DNA of 64,000 nt. Source: Isurus oxyrinchus (Eukaryota). The notes beneath the pieces were generated by a model that saw nothing but the letters and a program-made list of their open reading frames with translations, did not search any database and was not told where the DNA came from. How positions within the stretch are numbered: position 1 is the stretch's first letter; each line of letters opens with the position of its first letter. Below are positions 1 to 13,127 of this stretch, in pieces. Made by a program: the position numbers and the translations under genes. Location: contig JANJGN010000041.1 in the NCBI GenBank assembly GCA_026770705.1, forward strand, positions 1,488,001 to 1,552,000, read 5' to 3'.

Positions 1-287
1 GAAGCTGCAGGAGATTCCGGGCGATCAGAAAGATGGAAAATGGAAGGGAACCCAAGATTTTACTTCTATCCTCTCAACCAAATGCATGAAGTAATGGACA
101 ACGTTTACTGTTTTTCTCTGTGGTGGCAGATGTTTGATGTTTTGTCCAGTTTTATGTATCTCGACAACTTTGTGCAAGTATTTCGCTGCATTCTGCAGCT
201 CCTGTATTGATGCACAATCATTTGCATTTATGTTGTCGTTCAGAAAATGTTGCAATTGCACTTGAAGAATGTGCTGGAATATGATTA
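1..287 (+). pseudogene. 3' end (TM5 end to TM7/helix 8) of a decayed GPR139/GPR142-like GPCR pseudogene (locus A1), running off the window start
   Basis: Translates with frameshifts and stops to ...FSLWWQMFDVLSSFMYLDNFVQVFRCILQLLY*CTIICIYVVVQKMLQLHLKNVLEYD*. This matches the family TM7 pattern seen in the intact gene (GFMLGILSCSTNTFIYVLTQASFREELK). Paralogous to 36767-37050. Confidence 0.75.
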
Positions 288-2727
288 AAGTAACTGAAAC
301 ATTGTTCCTGGGCAGCACTGTCTAATGCTCTTTCAGCTTTTCAGCATGTGGAAGGGCTTGCCAGCAAGACAAGAGAAGAATAGTGGGCTAGTCACAAATG
401 GTAACATTGCCTGTTGAACAATTGGCATTTACAAAATGAAGGTATCTCGCTCTGATTAGACATCATAGTCTCCAGAATAACAGCACTCCCATTGGGCAAT
501 CGACTGTTCCACATTGCTTGTCCTTCACACAACTGTTCTACAAGGTGCCCTCCCAGCAGCATCACCCAAATATCCCATGACACCCATCCCCATCTACAGC
601 CCCAAATGCATTTGGCCATTCCACATGTCCGTTATAAAACATTCCACAATTGTCCCTTGCAGATGTTGCACATATTTACCACAGTGCTCCCAGACCCCGG
701 CCTGGACTTGTAGCAAAACTAGCAATCGCTTTACTGATGAACATGAACGATAATTGTCACAGTGATTTTGCAGAAAAGGGTCTTAGTAATTTTTCAATCG
801 CCCCACGAGCCTCCACGCATCTGGCCTCAAACATATTTCCTATTTTACCCTTCATTTCTTTCTCTCTCAGCTGCTTTCCTGGTTTCCCCTTCAAGAGTTT
901 TATAATGTTCACCTGAACCATCCCATCTCGTAGCGAGTTCCACATTCTCAGGAATCTCTGGACATGAGGTCTCTCCTGAATTCCCCATTGGATAATTTTC
1001 TGATTGTCATACATTGGTGACCATTTAGCTGCGTCCCTCCCCACAAGAGGAAACATTTTCCCTGTATCCAATCTCTCAAAATGCCTGCATTTTAAACACT
1101 TCTATCGTGCCATCCCGGAGACTTGTCTTTTCCAGAGAGAAGAACCACAGTTTGAATACGCCTCTTCATATTTAAACCCGCACATTCCTGGCATCATCCT
1201 TATCAATCCCCTCAAAACTACTGCTTCTATATCGCTTTTATAACAATCCAAGTTGACCATGTGCGCAATTGTCTAAGATTGGTCAACCAATGTTTTAATC
1301 AGGCTCAACATATCTGCTTGACTTTTCCATTCTATCGCCTAAGGCATGAAGCCAAGTGTTTGGTTTGGAATATTTTAATGTCCTGTTAACATAAGGGTCA
1401 GCTTGAACTGATTGATGTATTTGTACTCCCAAATCGCTTTGTACCTCTTCCCCTTCGAGAGGAAAGATGAAAGAAGAAGAGCCTCGTTTCCTTGTGTCAC
1501 TGCGATCAGCTCTGGACAGCAGGCACATTTAAGGCTATATGGCTTGAAGCGGAGGCCACTATCGTCGGTAGTGATAGGGGTTTTGGGGGGGTGGCAGTGC
1601 GGCATGGGACAAGGAACACATGTACAAGCCAATTCCGTTTTCTGGTGAGGCGGGCTTCATGACCATCTGAAGTAGTCACTGTAGATACTTGAACTGAAGC
1701 GCCAGTTGAGCCCTCATTTAGTGTCAGGCGACATCTTTTTCAAATTGATTTAATCAAAATCCTCAAAGTAACATCACCTAAAAATAGCGAGCGTCCGTGC
1801 TGCTATGCGATATCGAATGCTTATACAATTGTAATAGATGATATTAGTGGGAGACTGGGTAAGACCACAATAAATAAAATGCTATTATTTGTTGTTTCTT
1901 TAAAGGGCATGAAACTGAAGCGATGGGTTTACATTTGGAGAGTGTTTTAATGGTTATGGGATAAAATTGTGGTAATGGTGTTCAGCACACATCAGGCAGC
2001 TGTCAGTTGAAAAGAAGGACATGCTTGAAGTGCGAAAACGATTCCTCCTGTTCCAATCAATACCGATCTACGGTGGCTGCTGTGAAATATGCTCACCTCC
2101 ATTATGATCATTTCTAATAAAGAGTATCTGTGCTCGGGCTAACTCATCGTGACTCGGAGGTGCCCAAGAGAAGGTGTGGAAAGCTTTGTTCTCGGTCATT
2201 GAATTTCCAGTGCACTAACAGCACCGATACTCTTTATTGAATCTGCACAGATATTATGTAGTTTATAATAACATGCAAGCAATGAAGATTGTCTCCACTT
2301 TGAGCGTGATAAAGGGACAGTCACCCAAGCCGGGAACTTGTTAACCACCAGAGAGACCAATCTTTGTTATGAACTGGTGAAGGTTTAAATTAATTGTTAA
2401 TGATTTATAAGGTAAGAGCCAATCTGCAGAGGAGACGGTCTTTTAGCCCATTGAGCATCTCCTGGATCTTTGAAATTGCTGCTGAATAATGTCCACTCGA
2501 TCACTTCACTTTCCCCATTGCTCTGCTATCGCTCTTGTTTTCCGCTCAGTTACGTACACAACCCCTCATTTGTGACTCAACATTCCATCTTCCTCCAGTA
2601 CCCTTTCAAGAGTCACCTTAGAGGTCACACGGGCAGGTTGTGCAGAAATATGTTTCCCACATCTTCTATTGTGTAATCTGCCAGTTGCCTTCAATGTGTT
2701 CCACCCGATCATCCAAAATCCCACACT

Positions 2728-2865
2728 GATTGCCACTATTGGAAGAAATGCAGATGTCTCCCCTGGGGCTGATATTGATCATTTGACTAGCCTCAGAAAA
2801 ACAGATTACCTAGTTATTAACTGGCTGATGAGTTTCGCTGGTTGAAACATTAACAACAGTAACTC
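2728..2865 (+). mobile_element. Fragment of a Deu-domain tRNA-derived SINE (SacSINE/AmnSINE-like central domain and tail)
   Basis: gccactattggaagaaatgcag...aaaaacagattacctagttatt...acattaacaacagtaact resembles the Deu-domain consensus as I recall it, and is the reverse complement counterpart of the 46805-47135 element. Confidence 0.45.
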
Positions 2866-2934
2866 ATTATATGTTCAGAGCTCTGGGACAGCCCAAGGAA
2901 GGCAATGGTCTGCAGGGACAAACCCATTTCACAT

Positions 2935-3270
2935 GTTTCTTTTCTGCATTTCCCCTCATCTCCCTCTCTCTCTCCCTCTCTTTCTGTCTCTCTCTTTCGC
3001 TGTTCTTTTCTCTCCCTATCCCCTTCTAGCTCAGTCTTCCTTCCTCTCTACTTGCTCTATCTCTCCCACTCTCTCGCTCTGCATCTCCCTCTCTGTGCTC
3101 TCACGCTCTTCCTTTATTCACTATCTAGCTCTCTTTTATTCGATTATTCTCTTTTGCTCTGTCTCGCTCTGTTCGTGCTTCACCATTTGTTTTACTATTC
3201 TTGTTCCATCTTATCCTCCATTTTCCTTCCACGCTTCATCTCATTGTCCCTCTTTCTCTTTCTTTTAATG
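2935..3270. repeat. Degenerate CT-rich polypyrimidine simple repeat
   Basis: Long run of ctct/tctc motifs; gives rise to spurious S/L/F-rich ORFs. Confidence 0.85.
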
Positions 3271-5341
3271 TGCTACTTACATGTAGTCGTTCAATGAGCG
3301 GAATAAATATACACAGATAAATATTCAAACTCAAATATATGATCATTTTAACGAGGCTATGATCGTTCTGGCATTCAGGGGACATGGGTGACGCTGGATC
3401 GCCCATTATATTTTATTGTCCATCCCTATTTACCCATGAGAACCTGTTGGTCAGCCACTTTCCTGAACACTGAAATCCACATTATTTAGGTGCAACGACA
3501 GTGCTGTTGAGGGATTTGTATTCAGGTGACTGCATAACTTCCCTGGTGGAATTCCCTGCTCTGTGTTCAGCATCAGAAACTGTTTTTGTCATCGCGTCAC
3601 TTTCTCTGTCACTAGGCCCGGTGAGTTATTCACAATTTAATGAGTTCACGCAGAAATACAGCCTCCTCCACTTCTCTAGCCCCTATGCATACTCCCAAAC
3701 TCCACCAAACCTCACGCAAAGACCCCAATTTTCTCCCCCACGCTGATGTCTCTTGTCTTTCCGAAACTGTTCCCCATTTCTTTTCGAACACGGACCTCTT
3801 GACATTCCTTCTTCCCAGACCCTTGACAGAAATGATCTCACACGTCCTACAGGTTACATGGGCTAGGTGGGCCAAATGGCTAGTTGTGCCGAAATCAATA
3901 CGAATTACCTATTTCAATGTACCCCAGAGTGGGCATTAGCTGGAGACTAAAGTGAACTCATTTTTACAGGAGAGGATAAAATGTTAAAGGAATCAGGAAT
4001 GCAACATTTCTAAAAGGTTTTGCATGATGGGCAGGTGAGTTTTGGTGACCATAGATATTTGGAGCACTTTGCCAATCTGTTTAATATTTGCTTGTAACAC
4101 GGATCTGACTAGTCTAGGCAGTTGCCATCCTGTCTGACTGTATTGAACAAGCTGCTAGGATTTCGAATTACTGAATCATCCCAGTATAGTTTCCAGCTGC
4201 TCACTGCCAGTGTGTGTGGACAATATACAGACCGCCCAGTTCTGTGTCTCATAACTTCGCTTGTTGCAAATCTATAAACACGCTGGGCTGTTGCTCTGCT
4301 AACTTTGACCAATGGATGACAGGAGGCTCAGATACAGGTAACGATCGTTTATTCGAGCATTTGCAAGGAGCGAACCATCTCAAGGCATCATGAGATAGCA
4401 CACGGACAAACTGCAAGCACGCAGCATATTTTTTTAAATCACTGATCCCGTAAAGTAACATTACTGAAATCCCCTCCTTGGCAGAATTTATGTTATATCA
4501 TAGAAGCACTTTCACCCCGACATAGACGTCACCCCCTATCCTGGCTGGGACCAACTGCCCTTCCCCAATCACTGGGAAAGAGCACTTAATCTATGCTGTT
4601 TCATCCTCTGTCTCCAATCAGGCTCTCAAGGCCGTTCTGTTGTTTGCAGGCGCTAAGGCTGTGCAAGGGTCAGCTGGTAACTTTCACTGTTAATGTGCTT
4701 GTTAGCACTGGCTGGATGCAGATTTTAAGTCATTCATTCAGTTTCAATACATTCTTGTTGAATTTCTCCATAAACTGCACGCCCCCCCCCCCCACCCGAA
4801 CTTGGATTTTCACCTAGCCCAGATTATCGACATTTAATTGTACAGTCTGTCTCTTTATGTACCGCCACCCATTGATACTGGCCTGTAACCTTGCTTTGAA
4901 TCTAAAACGACAATGGTCAGATCGGCTGTATCATCTGGCGCTTCACTTGAGGTGCTAATTTTCCTTTGGTCTTTTATGATTTTTGTAATCCTTTGTTCAT
5001 CTTTAAAATGTTCCCAATCTTCCAGCTTGTCACAGACCCTTGCATTTGGTATGCCTTAGTTTTAGAATTTGTGTCTCCTAGCTTATCCTTGGATGATTGT
5101 TCCCCCTCTTATCAAGCTTCTTCTACATTGGAAAGATTGTTCACTTTATTTTTGCGATTGTCACGAGGGATTTTTGATAATGGTATTTAGACACATTTAT
5201 GTGACTGAATGTATTGTCCAGGTCGATTTTCAGTTTACATATTTGATGCAGCAAAGAGCTGGGCGTTTTATGCCAGGTAGAGGGAAAATGTACCCTGGTG
5301 AATCAATTTTGACTTATTTTTCCCATTTTTTTCTCTTGCCG

Positions 5342-5632
5342 GTAAATTAGTGATGTTTTTGTTCCTGTTGCAAGGAAAGTGTTCTCCTTAAAATTTTATT
5401 ATTGGCTACCTGAAGCGAATGGCTTCGACTGGGTTCCAGGAAGTCATATCCGATCCGATGTTATGGGGGATTTGTTAGATGAAAATCACAGTTTTATTGG
5501 TGTGCAATACTCGCATCTCACATGTGTAAATTCATTGAGTTTCTATGTTTGTTTTTCATTCACAATCACCCCTTTCTGCTTCACAGTTGCCTTTATCAAT
5601 GTACCGACAGCGGATATTGGTTGCAAGAAGCA
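5342..5632 (+). pseudogene. Relic of GPCR exon 2, 5' part (TM1 end to TM3/ICL2) (locus B1)
   Basis: Polypyrimidine tract then a mutated acceptor (ttgccg), followed by KLVMFLFLLQGKC... and ...PFCFTVAFINVPTADIGCKKH. Compare VNVVGIVILYRGKCGLSKC...SVWLTVVFTFDRFVVICCKKL in the intact gene. Paralog at 41063. Confidence 0.65.
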
Positions 5633-5694
5633 CTTGTGTTTGAGCCTTTCAATTTCACATCTTTCTATCTATTCATCCATCCATCTATGTAACT

Positions 5695-5983
5695 AAAACA
5701 AAAATTAAAATACCTGGAAAACACTCAGCAGGTCTGGGAGTATATGTGGAGAGGAACACAGTTGACGTTTCGAGTTCCTTTGATAGTGACCACTGGCTTC
5801 TATCCACCTCTAAATGTCCCACCCCCTCCCTTAAACCAGCTTATGTTTCACCTCTTTTCTAGTTTTCCTTATTTCTGTGGAAGAGTCATAGAAGCTCGAA
5901 ACGTTAACTGTTTTTCACTCTGCAGATGCTTTACGGCCTGCTGAGTTTTTCCAGGGAATGTTGTTTTGGATTTCCGGCATCCA
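5695..5983. mobile_element. Short non-autonomous Penelope-tail (pLTR-like) element with inverted arms and a degenerate hammerhead-like motif
   Basis: Left arm cctggaaaacactcagcaggtctg...gttgacgtttcgag is an imperfect reverse complement of right arm ctcgaaacgttaac...cctgctgagtttttccagg. The right arm shares cttaaaccagcttat..tttca and downstream sequence with the PLE 3' end at 13088-13255. Confidence 0.7.
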
Positions 5984-6269
5984 NNNNNNNNNNNNNNNNN
6001 NNNNNNNNNNNNNNNNNNNNNNNNNNNNNNNNNNNNNNNNNNNNNNNNNNNNNNNNNNNNNNNNNNNNNNNNNNNNNNNNNNNNNNNNNNNNNNNNNNNN
6101 NNNNNNNNNNNNNNNNNNNNNNNNNNNNNNNNNNNNNNNNNNNNNNNNNNNNNNNNNNNNNNNNNNNNNNNNNNNNNNNNNNNNNNNNNNNNNNNNNNNN
6201 NNNNNNNNNNNNNNNNNNNNNNNNNNNNNNNNNNNNNNNNNNNNNNNNNNNNNNNNNNNNNNNNNNNNN
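5984..6269. other. Assembly gap (286 N)
   Basis: N run. The paralogous position (about 41715-41850) is a TCTA-type microsatellite. Confidence 1.
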
Positions 6270-6465
6270 TCTACCTATCTTTCATTCCATCTCACTCGCT
6301 CATTCTCTTGTTCTTTCACGCGCTTGCTCCATTTCTCACATGCACTGTTTAGTACTCTCTGTCACATACAAATCTCTCTTCAATTCAATCTATCCATCTG
6401 AATGCCTGTCTATCTGTGCATCTATGTGTCTGTCTATCTGTCTGTCGGTCTGTCTGTCTAATCAT
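6270..6465. repeat. Degenerate (TCTA/TCTG/CT) simple repeat
   Basis: tctatctgtctgtcggtctgtctgtcta; paralog at 41730-42015. Confidence 0.8.
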
Positions 6466-6929
6466 CTTTATGATTAATTTTCCCAGCCCTTCGACATATG
6501 ACTGCACTGCAAAAAAAAAGTGCCAGTGTGATATCACGTGTAAGATTAGATTAGGTCTATACTTGCACAATCGATTGCCAAATTCTGCATAAAATGTCTG
6601 TTCAGGCGAAATAAATTATCTTTGCCTGTGATTCCTTCTCCTTAATGCGCTTCACTCTGTTCTCCACAAATGCTGAAATTATTGAATGATTCCTCCATTT
6701 TATTATGCCTAATGTTTGTTATTTTGTTCATAATCGTGTTTTCAAACGTATTGTTTCATGTGGCAGGGATGTGGTTAGATGGGCCACAAGTTATTGCACG
6801 ATCCAAATTGCCATTGAAAATAAGGAGGTGCCCTACCTTCCTGAAATTGCATATTTCTACTGATTGACGTCAGTAGCATTCCCTCAGTAACTAGAATGAT
6901 ATCCGTTCAGCTCAGTGTGATTTCAGATG

Positions 6930-7920
6930 TCGCAGGATTCCAATTCTGGACCTACATGTTCATCTGCCATTGGAGAGGTTTTTAGCACTCTCGAGTGGAA
7001 ATCAAAGGCCCAGGTTGCTACACTTTTATTTGCTGTGCCTCGGCCTTTCCACCACTCCTTTGAGACGCTGAGCCTCGAAACAGTTTTCGATTTGATGGAC
7101 TGCATCGTGCCACGCTGAAAGTCCGGCATCATTCTCCTCCCGCTCCTTGGTGTTAAGGCCCCCATGCTTTAGGACACCTGGAGAATGTCAGGAATGCTGC
7201 ACTTTGCAAGGTTATCGGTTTTGTGGATTTTGTCCTGCCAACAACCATTGGAAATGGTTCACAGGCAGTGCAGTTGGAAAGTTTTCAAGTTTTCAAGTTT
7301 TCTATGAGGCCGAAAAGTTGTTCAAGTCTCCCACTGATAAGGAAGAGATATGTAAAAAAAAAACTGCCTGGCAGGCCTTGATCTTCCATCTGAGGGATAA
7401 CCCATGTTTTCCTTGCCGAAATCAGTGAGTAAAGCCCTTCAAGTGCCGAACTTGTTTTTGTCAGGTGGTGGTAATTTGCCCATCCAGGTTGTGCCCTTGG
7501 ACTGTATGCTGCCAAGTTAGCAAAACTTCCGTACTGATCATAGGGGTGCATTGTTCAATGCGGCTGTGGTATCTTGGAGCACATGACCAGCAATGGTTTG
7601 ATACAGCATCTGTATCCTCAAATATATTGTCAATCGAAAACATTCTGGCTTTGCAGCGAAGCGCTTAGCATGCACCTGAATGTCTCCGGATCCTGAGCTA
7701 TGTGTGTGCATTGGTCCACGAATAAGAATTCCCTCTGTAGCTTTCCAATAACCTCTGTGCAAGGATTTAATTTTGGCTCTTTGAAAGGGCTGCCTGTGGT
7801 CCTGAAATGCATGTGTAATCCTGAACAAGCTCCTTGAGTGCATGCTTGGAGAATGACCAAAACATATATGACAAGCAGTGCTAGAGCCATTACACAGCCT
7901 TATTTGGCACCGCAAGTAAA
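6930..7920 (-). mobile_element. RTE-clade LINE relic (RT and C-terminal fragments)
   Basis: Minus-strand GLHMHFRTTGSPFKEPKLNPCTEVIGKLQREFLFVDQCTHIAQ resembles the RTE RT segment G..I.FRTDG.LFNLRRL.A.TK.....RELLFADDCAL.AH; the catalytic DD is mutated. Confidence 0.65.
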
Positions 7921-9439
7921 CAAGAAATAGTTTCACATAGACGAACCATTTTACATCGCTCCGATCATGACGTAATCACACAAGTGCGAATGACACTAAT
8001 CATCCGTTCAGGGCTGTCGCATATTCAAGGGTGAGTTGGATAGCTTATTGACCATCAGGGAGACTAGGGTCATGAGGATATAATTGTTTGTTTTGAGAGA
8101 GTTGGCAGAGGGAGCCGGTGTACGGCCCTGGCTGGGGAGGCGCAGGCAGGACAGCGGGGCTGAGGCTCTGATAAGATAAACCATGAACCTTTCGATTTGC
8201 AGAACAGTCTCAAGGGACCGAATGACCTCCTGAACTTAACTATTCTGTTTTTGGTGCTTCATTTAAATGCAGCCCACACCAAAGACGGACGTGCCGTCGA
8301 TTCGGATTCAGCATAATCAGTGCATCCATCTGTTAATGATTGTCTGCAGAAGAAATTTGAGAGCCAAGAGTTAAATGTTAATTGTGGAACACACTCCCTG
8401 CGATGTACTCTAGATATCCCATTATTTTATTGACAAAAAGGTTCTTCATTCAGTTCAAGCATCACTCTGGATAGAGTATGTGAGTGGGTGAGCAGGAGGA
8501 TTGCATGGCCTGGTGAATCGTTACTGAGAGTGTATGGGGTTGGATTGTCCTGAACGCATTATTTTGAAATATTTCAGTTGAGAAAACAAAAGCCTTCTCC
8601 ATACACTTTCTATTGCACATCAGGTCACCACCAACACCAACCTTCCGGGTCCTACAGTTGCGTTCATAATTTCCAGGCAGAATGGTGCAAATTTCTGTGC
8701 AACGACAGAATGTAGGTCAAGTCACTGATGGAAATGTAATTTCCAGAGGAATCCCCGGAAATATCTGGGCAGCGTATGAGTCCCGTCTGGAACATTAAAT
8801 GACAAAGACATATATTAGACATGTGCCCTTTTGTAACATAGAATGTGTCCCGAAACAAAAAACAGTGGTGAACATCTGAAATTTCCCCACTACTTCCCCT
8901 GGCGGTTCAGGCCAATTGAGTTTCATCGAATCATTTTGATCTAAATTAGTAATGATTTTATACCTAACATCGCTCTGCGTGTCAACCATTTCCTGCCATG
9001 CCTATCCACTATGGGACCTACCCGATGCTCGGATAAAAATATAGACCCTTCAATTGTATTGACCACACATATCATTCCAATGTTCGGCATTTCAATTCAT
9101 AACGGTTCCTTTCAGAAGGAGAATGACTGACGTAACCTGTTTGTTCAATGGGTAAAACTAATTACTTTCTTTAGCGGACATGAATGCGCTCATGGGGATT
9201 TATCTGCTGTCTACATAACAGCTTCTCTGAATGTCACATTTCATGCTATCTAACAGGCTCGGTGTGTCTGTTTCAGCAGGAGTTAGCGCTTCTCTGCGAG
9301 GATATAATTTGCTGTGCTTCATCAGATGTGGACCACTTACAAACCCATTCTCGAATCTCTCGTTTTCCAATGTACGTTTATTAACATGCTCTCGGACTAA
9401 CAATGTAAATTTTTGTCCGTCTTTACTTTCATGGATGTT

Positions 9440-9710
9440 GGCAACGTGGGCAGGGCAAGCGTTTATTGCCCATCTCTAATTTCACTTTTGAAGTGGGTGG
9501 TTAGCTGCTGCGGTGTTTGTGGTGTAGTTACATCCACGGTATTATTCGGGGGGATCCATTAACTTGACCCAGAGACAGTGAAGCAATGGCAATATCGTTC
9601 CAAACCGGGGCAATGAGTGGCTTGGAGAGGGACGATCAGCGAGCGTCCTTCCCATGTTCAAGTTGCCTTTGCCTTTCTAGATCGTAACGGCCGTGGGTTT
9701 GAAAAATTAA
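9440..9710 (-). mobile_element. 3' tail fragment of a CR1-group LINE (same family as 20640-22150)
   Basis: tttattgcccatctctaatttcacttttgaagtgggtggttagctg is the reverse complement of the tail caccaccatctcaagggcaattaagacgggcagtaaa at about 22075. Paralog at about 45590-45870. Confidence 0.6.
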
Positions 9711-9961
9711 CTAAAGGGCTTCATGTTCGCCAAATGTAACAGCTTTTCCCTGTTTACTGCTACGAATGCTTTCATGCCAGTTTTACCCTGTTACTCCAGA
9801 TTAATTAATGTGGCATCTCCTTCCGAACCTCCTGTGATTTAACATGTTTCTCTTATTTTCCCGAGCTGAATTTAATGAAGAAGGAGATTTCTAAGTTTCA
9901 GCTCAGACATTCATTCCATATTTTGCATCCATCTTTGCAGGAAAGACATCTCCTCATAAAG

Positions 9962-10031
9962 ATGGGAGAACTTCTTCTTCAACAGATAGAAGCCATTTAC
10001 TATTCTATTCTCGCAGCTATTGGTGTTCCTG
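9962..10031 (+). pseudogene. Exon 1 of GPR139/GPR142-like GPCR copy C1 (MGELLLQQIEAIYYSILAAIGVP-G)
   Basis: ATG in good context (aagATGG), 70 nt, canonical GTAAG donor at 10032. Phase 1 joins in frame to the acceptor at 15199/15200. Confidence 0.85.
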
Positions 10032-10206
10032 GTAAGAGCCTAAATACAATCTTAACACGTGTAAATGAATGTTGACGTTCTTTTCAAACGCCAGTTCCAA
10101 TAACATGGAATCGATTCTTTACTGCAGGGATATATGTTTAACCATAATGATAACAGATTTCATCCTGCTGCTGTATTTTATACTCTGTGGTATCCACTGC
10201 TGAAAA

Positions 10207-10436
10207 CGTTGTGGAAGGGGGCCGGAGTAGGACTGCAACAAGGAATATTCCACATACCCCATAAGGAGACTGGCATAGTTGGGGCCCATGCGGGTACCCA
10301 TAGCCACACCTTTTATTTGGAGGAAGTGAGAGGAGTTGAAGGAGAAATGGTTCAGCGTGAGTAGAAGTTCAGGCAGACGGAGGAGAGTAGTAGTGGATGG
10401 GGAATGTTTGTGCCTCTGTTCGAGGAAGAAGAGAAG
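10207..10436 (-). mobile_element. Inverted fragment of the Penelope RT at the 5' junction of PLE1
   Basis: Minus-strand FFLEQR...LLRLPELLLTLNHFSFNSSHFLQIKGVAMGTRMGPNYASLLMGYVE; reverse-complement copy of about 11420-11645. Confidence 0.9.
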
Positions 10437-13003
10437 ATGCTTCAACAACTCATCGACACCAACACCATCTAGGACCCTCCACCCCTGCCTGTCCCTCCGT
10501 CCCCACCCTTTCTTCCAATCCCAACCCCTGCCATGTATTCACTATACCCCCTGACCTTCCCCTCTCCGATGCTGAACGTTCAGTGCTCAGCAAAGGTCTA
10601 GGTTTCATCCCCTTACGCCCTCACCTCAATGAATTTCGGGCTCGGCATGATACTGAACTCTTCTTCCGCCGTCTTTGTCTCTGGGCTCAATTCTTTGGGC
10701 AGTAGTCCTCTCCCAGTTCAACGGATCCTTTTACCCATCTCCAATATTCTCCCTCCACCTGGACCACTCCCTCTGGATTCTTACCTTCTCTCGATCTTTC
10801 CATTGAGAACTGTCGGCACGACATTAGTCATCTCAATTTCTCTGCTCCTCTCAACCATTCTAATCTGTCTCTCTCTGAAATAACTGCACTACATTCTCTC
10901 AGGTACAATCCTGACATTGTCATCAAACCCGCTGACAAGGGTGGTGCTGTTGTTGTCTCGCGCACTGACCTCTACCTCGCGGAGGCTGAGCGTCTACTCG
11001 CAGACACTTCCTCCTACCTCTCCCTGGACCATGACCCCACCACTGAACATCAAGCCATTGTTTCCAGGACTGTCACTGACCTCATCACCTCTGGGGATCT
11101 CCCTCCCACAGCTTCCAACCTGATAGTCGCCGAAGCTCGGATGGCCCGCTTCTATCTCCTAACCAAAATCCACAAACATAACTGCCCCGGTAGACCGATC
11201 GTCTCAGCTTGCTCCTGCCCCACAGAACTCATTTCTCGTTATCTTGACTCCCTTCTCTCTCCCCTTGTCCAGTCCCTTCCAACCTACATCTGTGATTCAT
11301 CTGACACCTTACATCACATCAACAATTTCCAGTTCCCTGGCCCCAACCGCTTCCTCTTCACGTTGGACATCCAAACCCTCTACACCTCCATCCCCCACCA
11401 GGATGGTCTGAGGGCCCTTAGCTTCTTTCTCGAACAGAGGCCTGAACGATCCCCATGCACTACTGAACTCCTCCGTCTGGCTGAACTTGTTCTTACGCTG
11501 AACAATTTCTCCTTCAACTCCTCTCACTTCCTCCAAATAAAAGGTGTGGCTATGGGTACCCGCATGGGCCCCTGCTATGCCTGTCTCTTTATGGGGTATG
11601 TGGAACATTCCTTGTTGCAGTCTTACTCTGGCCCCCTTCCACAACTTTTTCTCTGGTACATCGATGATTACATCGGTGCCGCTTCATGCTCTCGTCGGGA
11701 CTTGGAAAAATTTATTAATTTTGCTTCTAATCTCCACCCATCCATCATTTTCACGTGGTCCATCTCTGACACTTCCCTTCCCTTCCTTGACCTCTCTGTC
11801 TCAATCTCTGGTGATAGACTGTCCACCAATATCCATTACAAACCCACCGACTCCCACAGCTATCTCGACTACAGCTCCTCACACCCGGCTTCCTGTAAGG
11901 ACTCCATCCCATTCTGCCAGTTCCTTCGCCTTCGTCACATCTGTTCCAATGATGCTAAATTCAAAAACAGTTCCTCTGACATTTCCTCCTTCTTCCTTAA
12001 ACGAGGTTTTCCACCCACGGTCGTTGACAGGGCCCTCAACCATGTCCGGCCCATCTCCCGCGCATCCGAACTCATGCCTTCTCCTCCCTCCCAGAAACAT
12101 GATAGGGTCCCCCTTGTCCTCAATTATCACCCCACCAGCCTCCGCATTCAAAGGATCATCCTCCGCCATTTCCACCATTTCCAGCATGATGCCACCACAA
12201 AACACAGCTTCCCTTCACACCCTTATCGACATTCCGTAGGGATCGCTCCCTCCGGGACACCCAGGTCCACTCCTCCAACACCCCCTACCCCTCAACCCCC
12301 TCCTATGACACCACCCCATGCCTACGCAAAAGATGTAACACCTGCCCCTTCACTTCCTCTCTCCTCACCGTCCAAGGGCCCAAACACTCCTTTCAAGTGA
12401 CGCAGCATTTCACTTGCATTTCCCCCAACTTATTCTGCTGCATTCGTTGCTCCCAATGTGGTCTCCTCTACATTGGAGAGACCAAACGTAAACTGGGCGA
12501 CCGCTTTGCAGAACACCTGCGGTCTGTCCGCAATAATGACCCAAACCTCCCTGTCGTTTGCCATTTTAACAGTCCACCCTGCTCTCTTGCCCACATGTCT
12601 GTCCTTGGCTTGCTGCATTGTTCCAGTGAAGCCCAATGCAAACTGGAGGAACAGCACCTCATCTTCCGACCAGGCACCTTACAGCCTTCCGGATTGAATA
12701 TTGAACTTTAGGTCGTGAGCTCCCTCCCCCATCCCCACCCCCTTTCTGTTTCCCCCTTCCCTTTTTTCCATTAAGTTATAAAGATTTTCCATTTCCCGCC
12801 TTTTTCCATTATATAAAAAACACACCCGCACTAGAGCTATATCTTGAGTGCCCTACCATCCATTCTTAATTAGCACATTTGTTTAGATAATATCACCAAC
12901 TTTAACTTTAACACCTATGTGTTCTATTGTACCATTGTCGTTGACATCTTTTGATGATCTGCTTCTATCAATGCTTGTTTGTCCATACAACCACACCCCC
13001 CAC

Positions 13004-13049
13004 CTCTCTCTCTCTTTCTCTCCCTCTCTCCGCCCCCCCCCCCCCCACC

Positions 13050-13087
<38 letters not shown>
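13004..13087. repeat. (CT)n / poly-C / (CA)n microsatellite inside the PLE tail
   Basis: Direct observation. Confidence 0.95.
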
Positions 13088-13089
<2 letters not shown>

Positions 13090-13127
13090 TAAACCAGCTT
13101 ATATTTCAGCTCTTTCTTGGACTCGAA

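Noticed and set aside
2824-2850. ctgatgag...gaaac resembling a hammerhead core
   Set aside because: No pairing stem II between the boxes, and it lies in the decayed tail of a SINE fragment.
2905-3297. 130-aa and 111-aa hydrophobic ORFs
   Set aside because: Translation of a CT-rich simple repeat.
5926-6477. ORFs of 128-183 aa
   Set aside because: Artefacts of the N gap.
9125-9150. 26-nt block with CRE-like TGACGTAA identical in both units (45272-45297), about 0.8 kb upstream of exon 1
   Set aside because: Such a run is expected by chance somewhere in more than 10 kb of roughly 80%-identical paralogous DNA; there is no independent support.
11544-12239. 231-aa alternate-frame ORF and antisense ORFs over the PLE
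   Set aside because: Shadow frames of the C-rich RT coding sequence.
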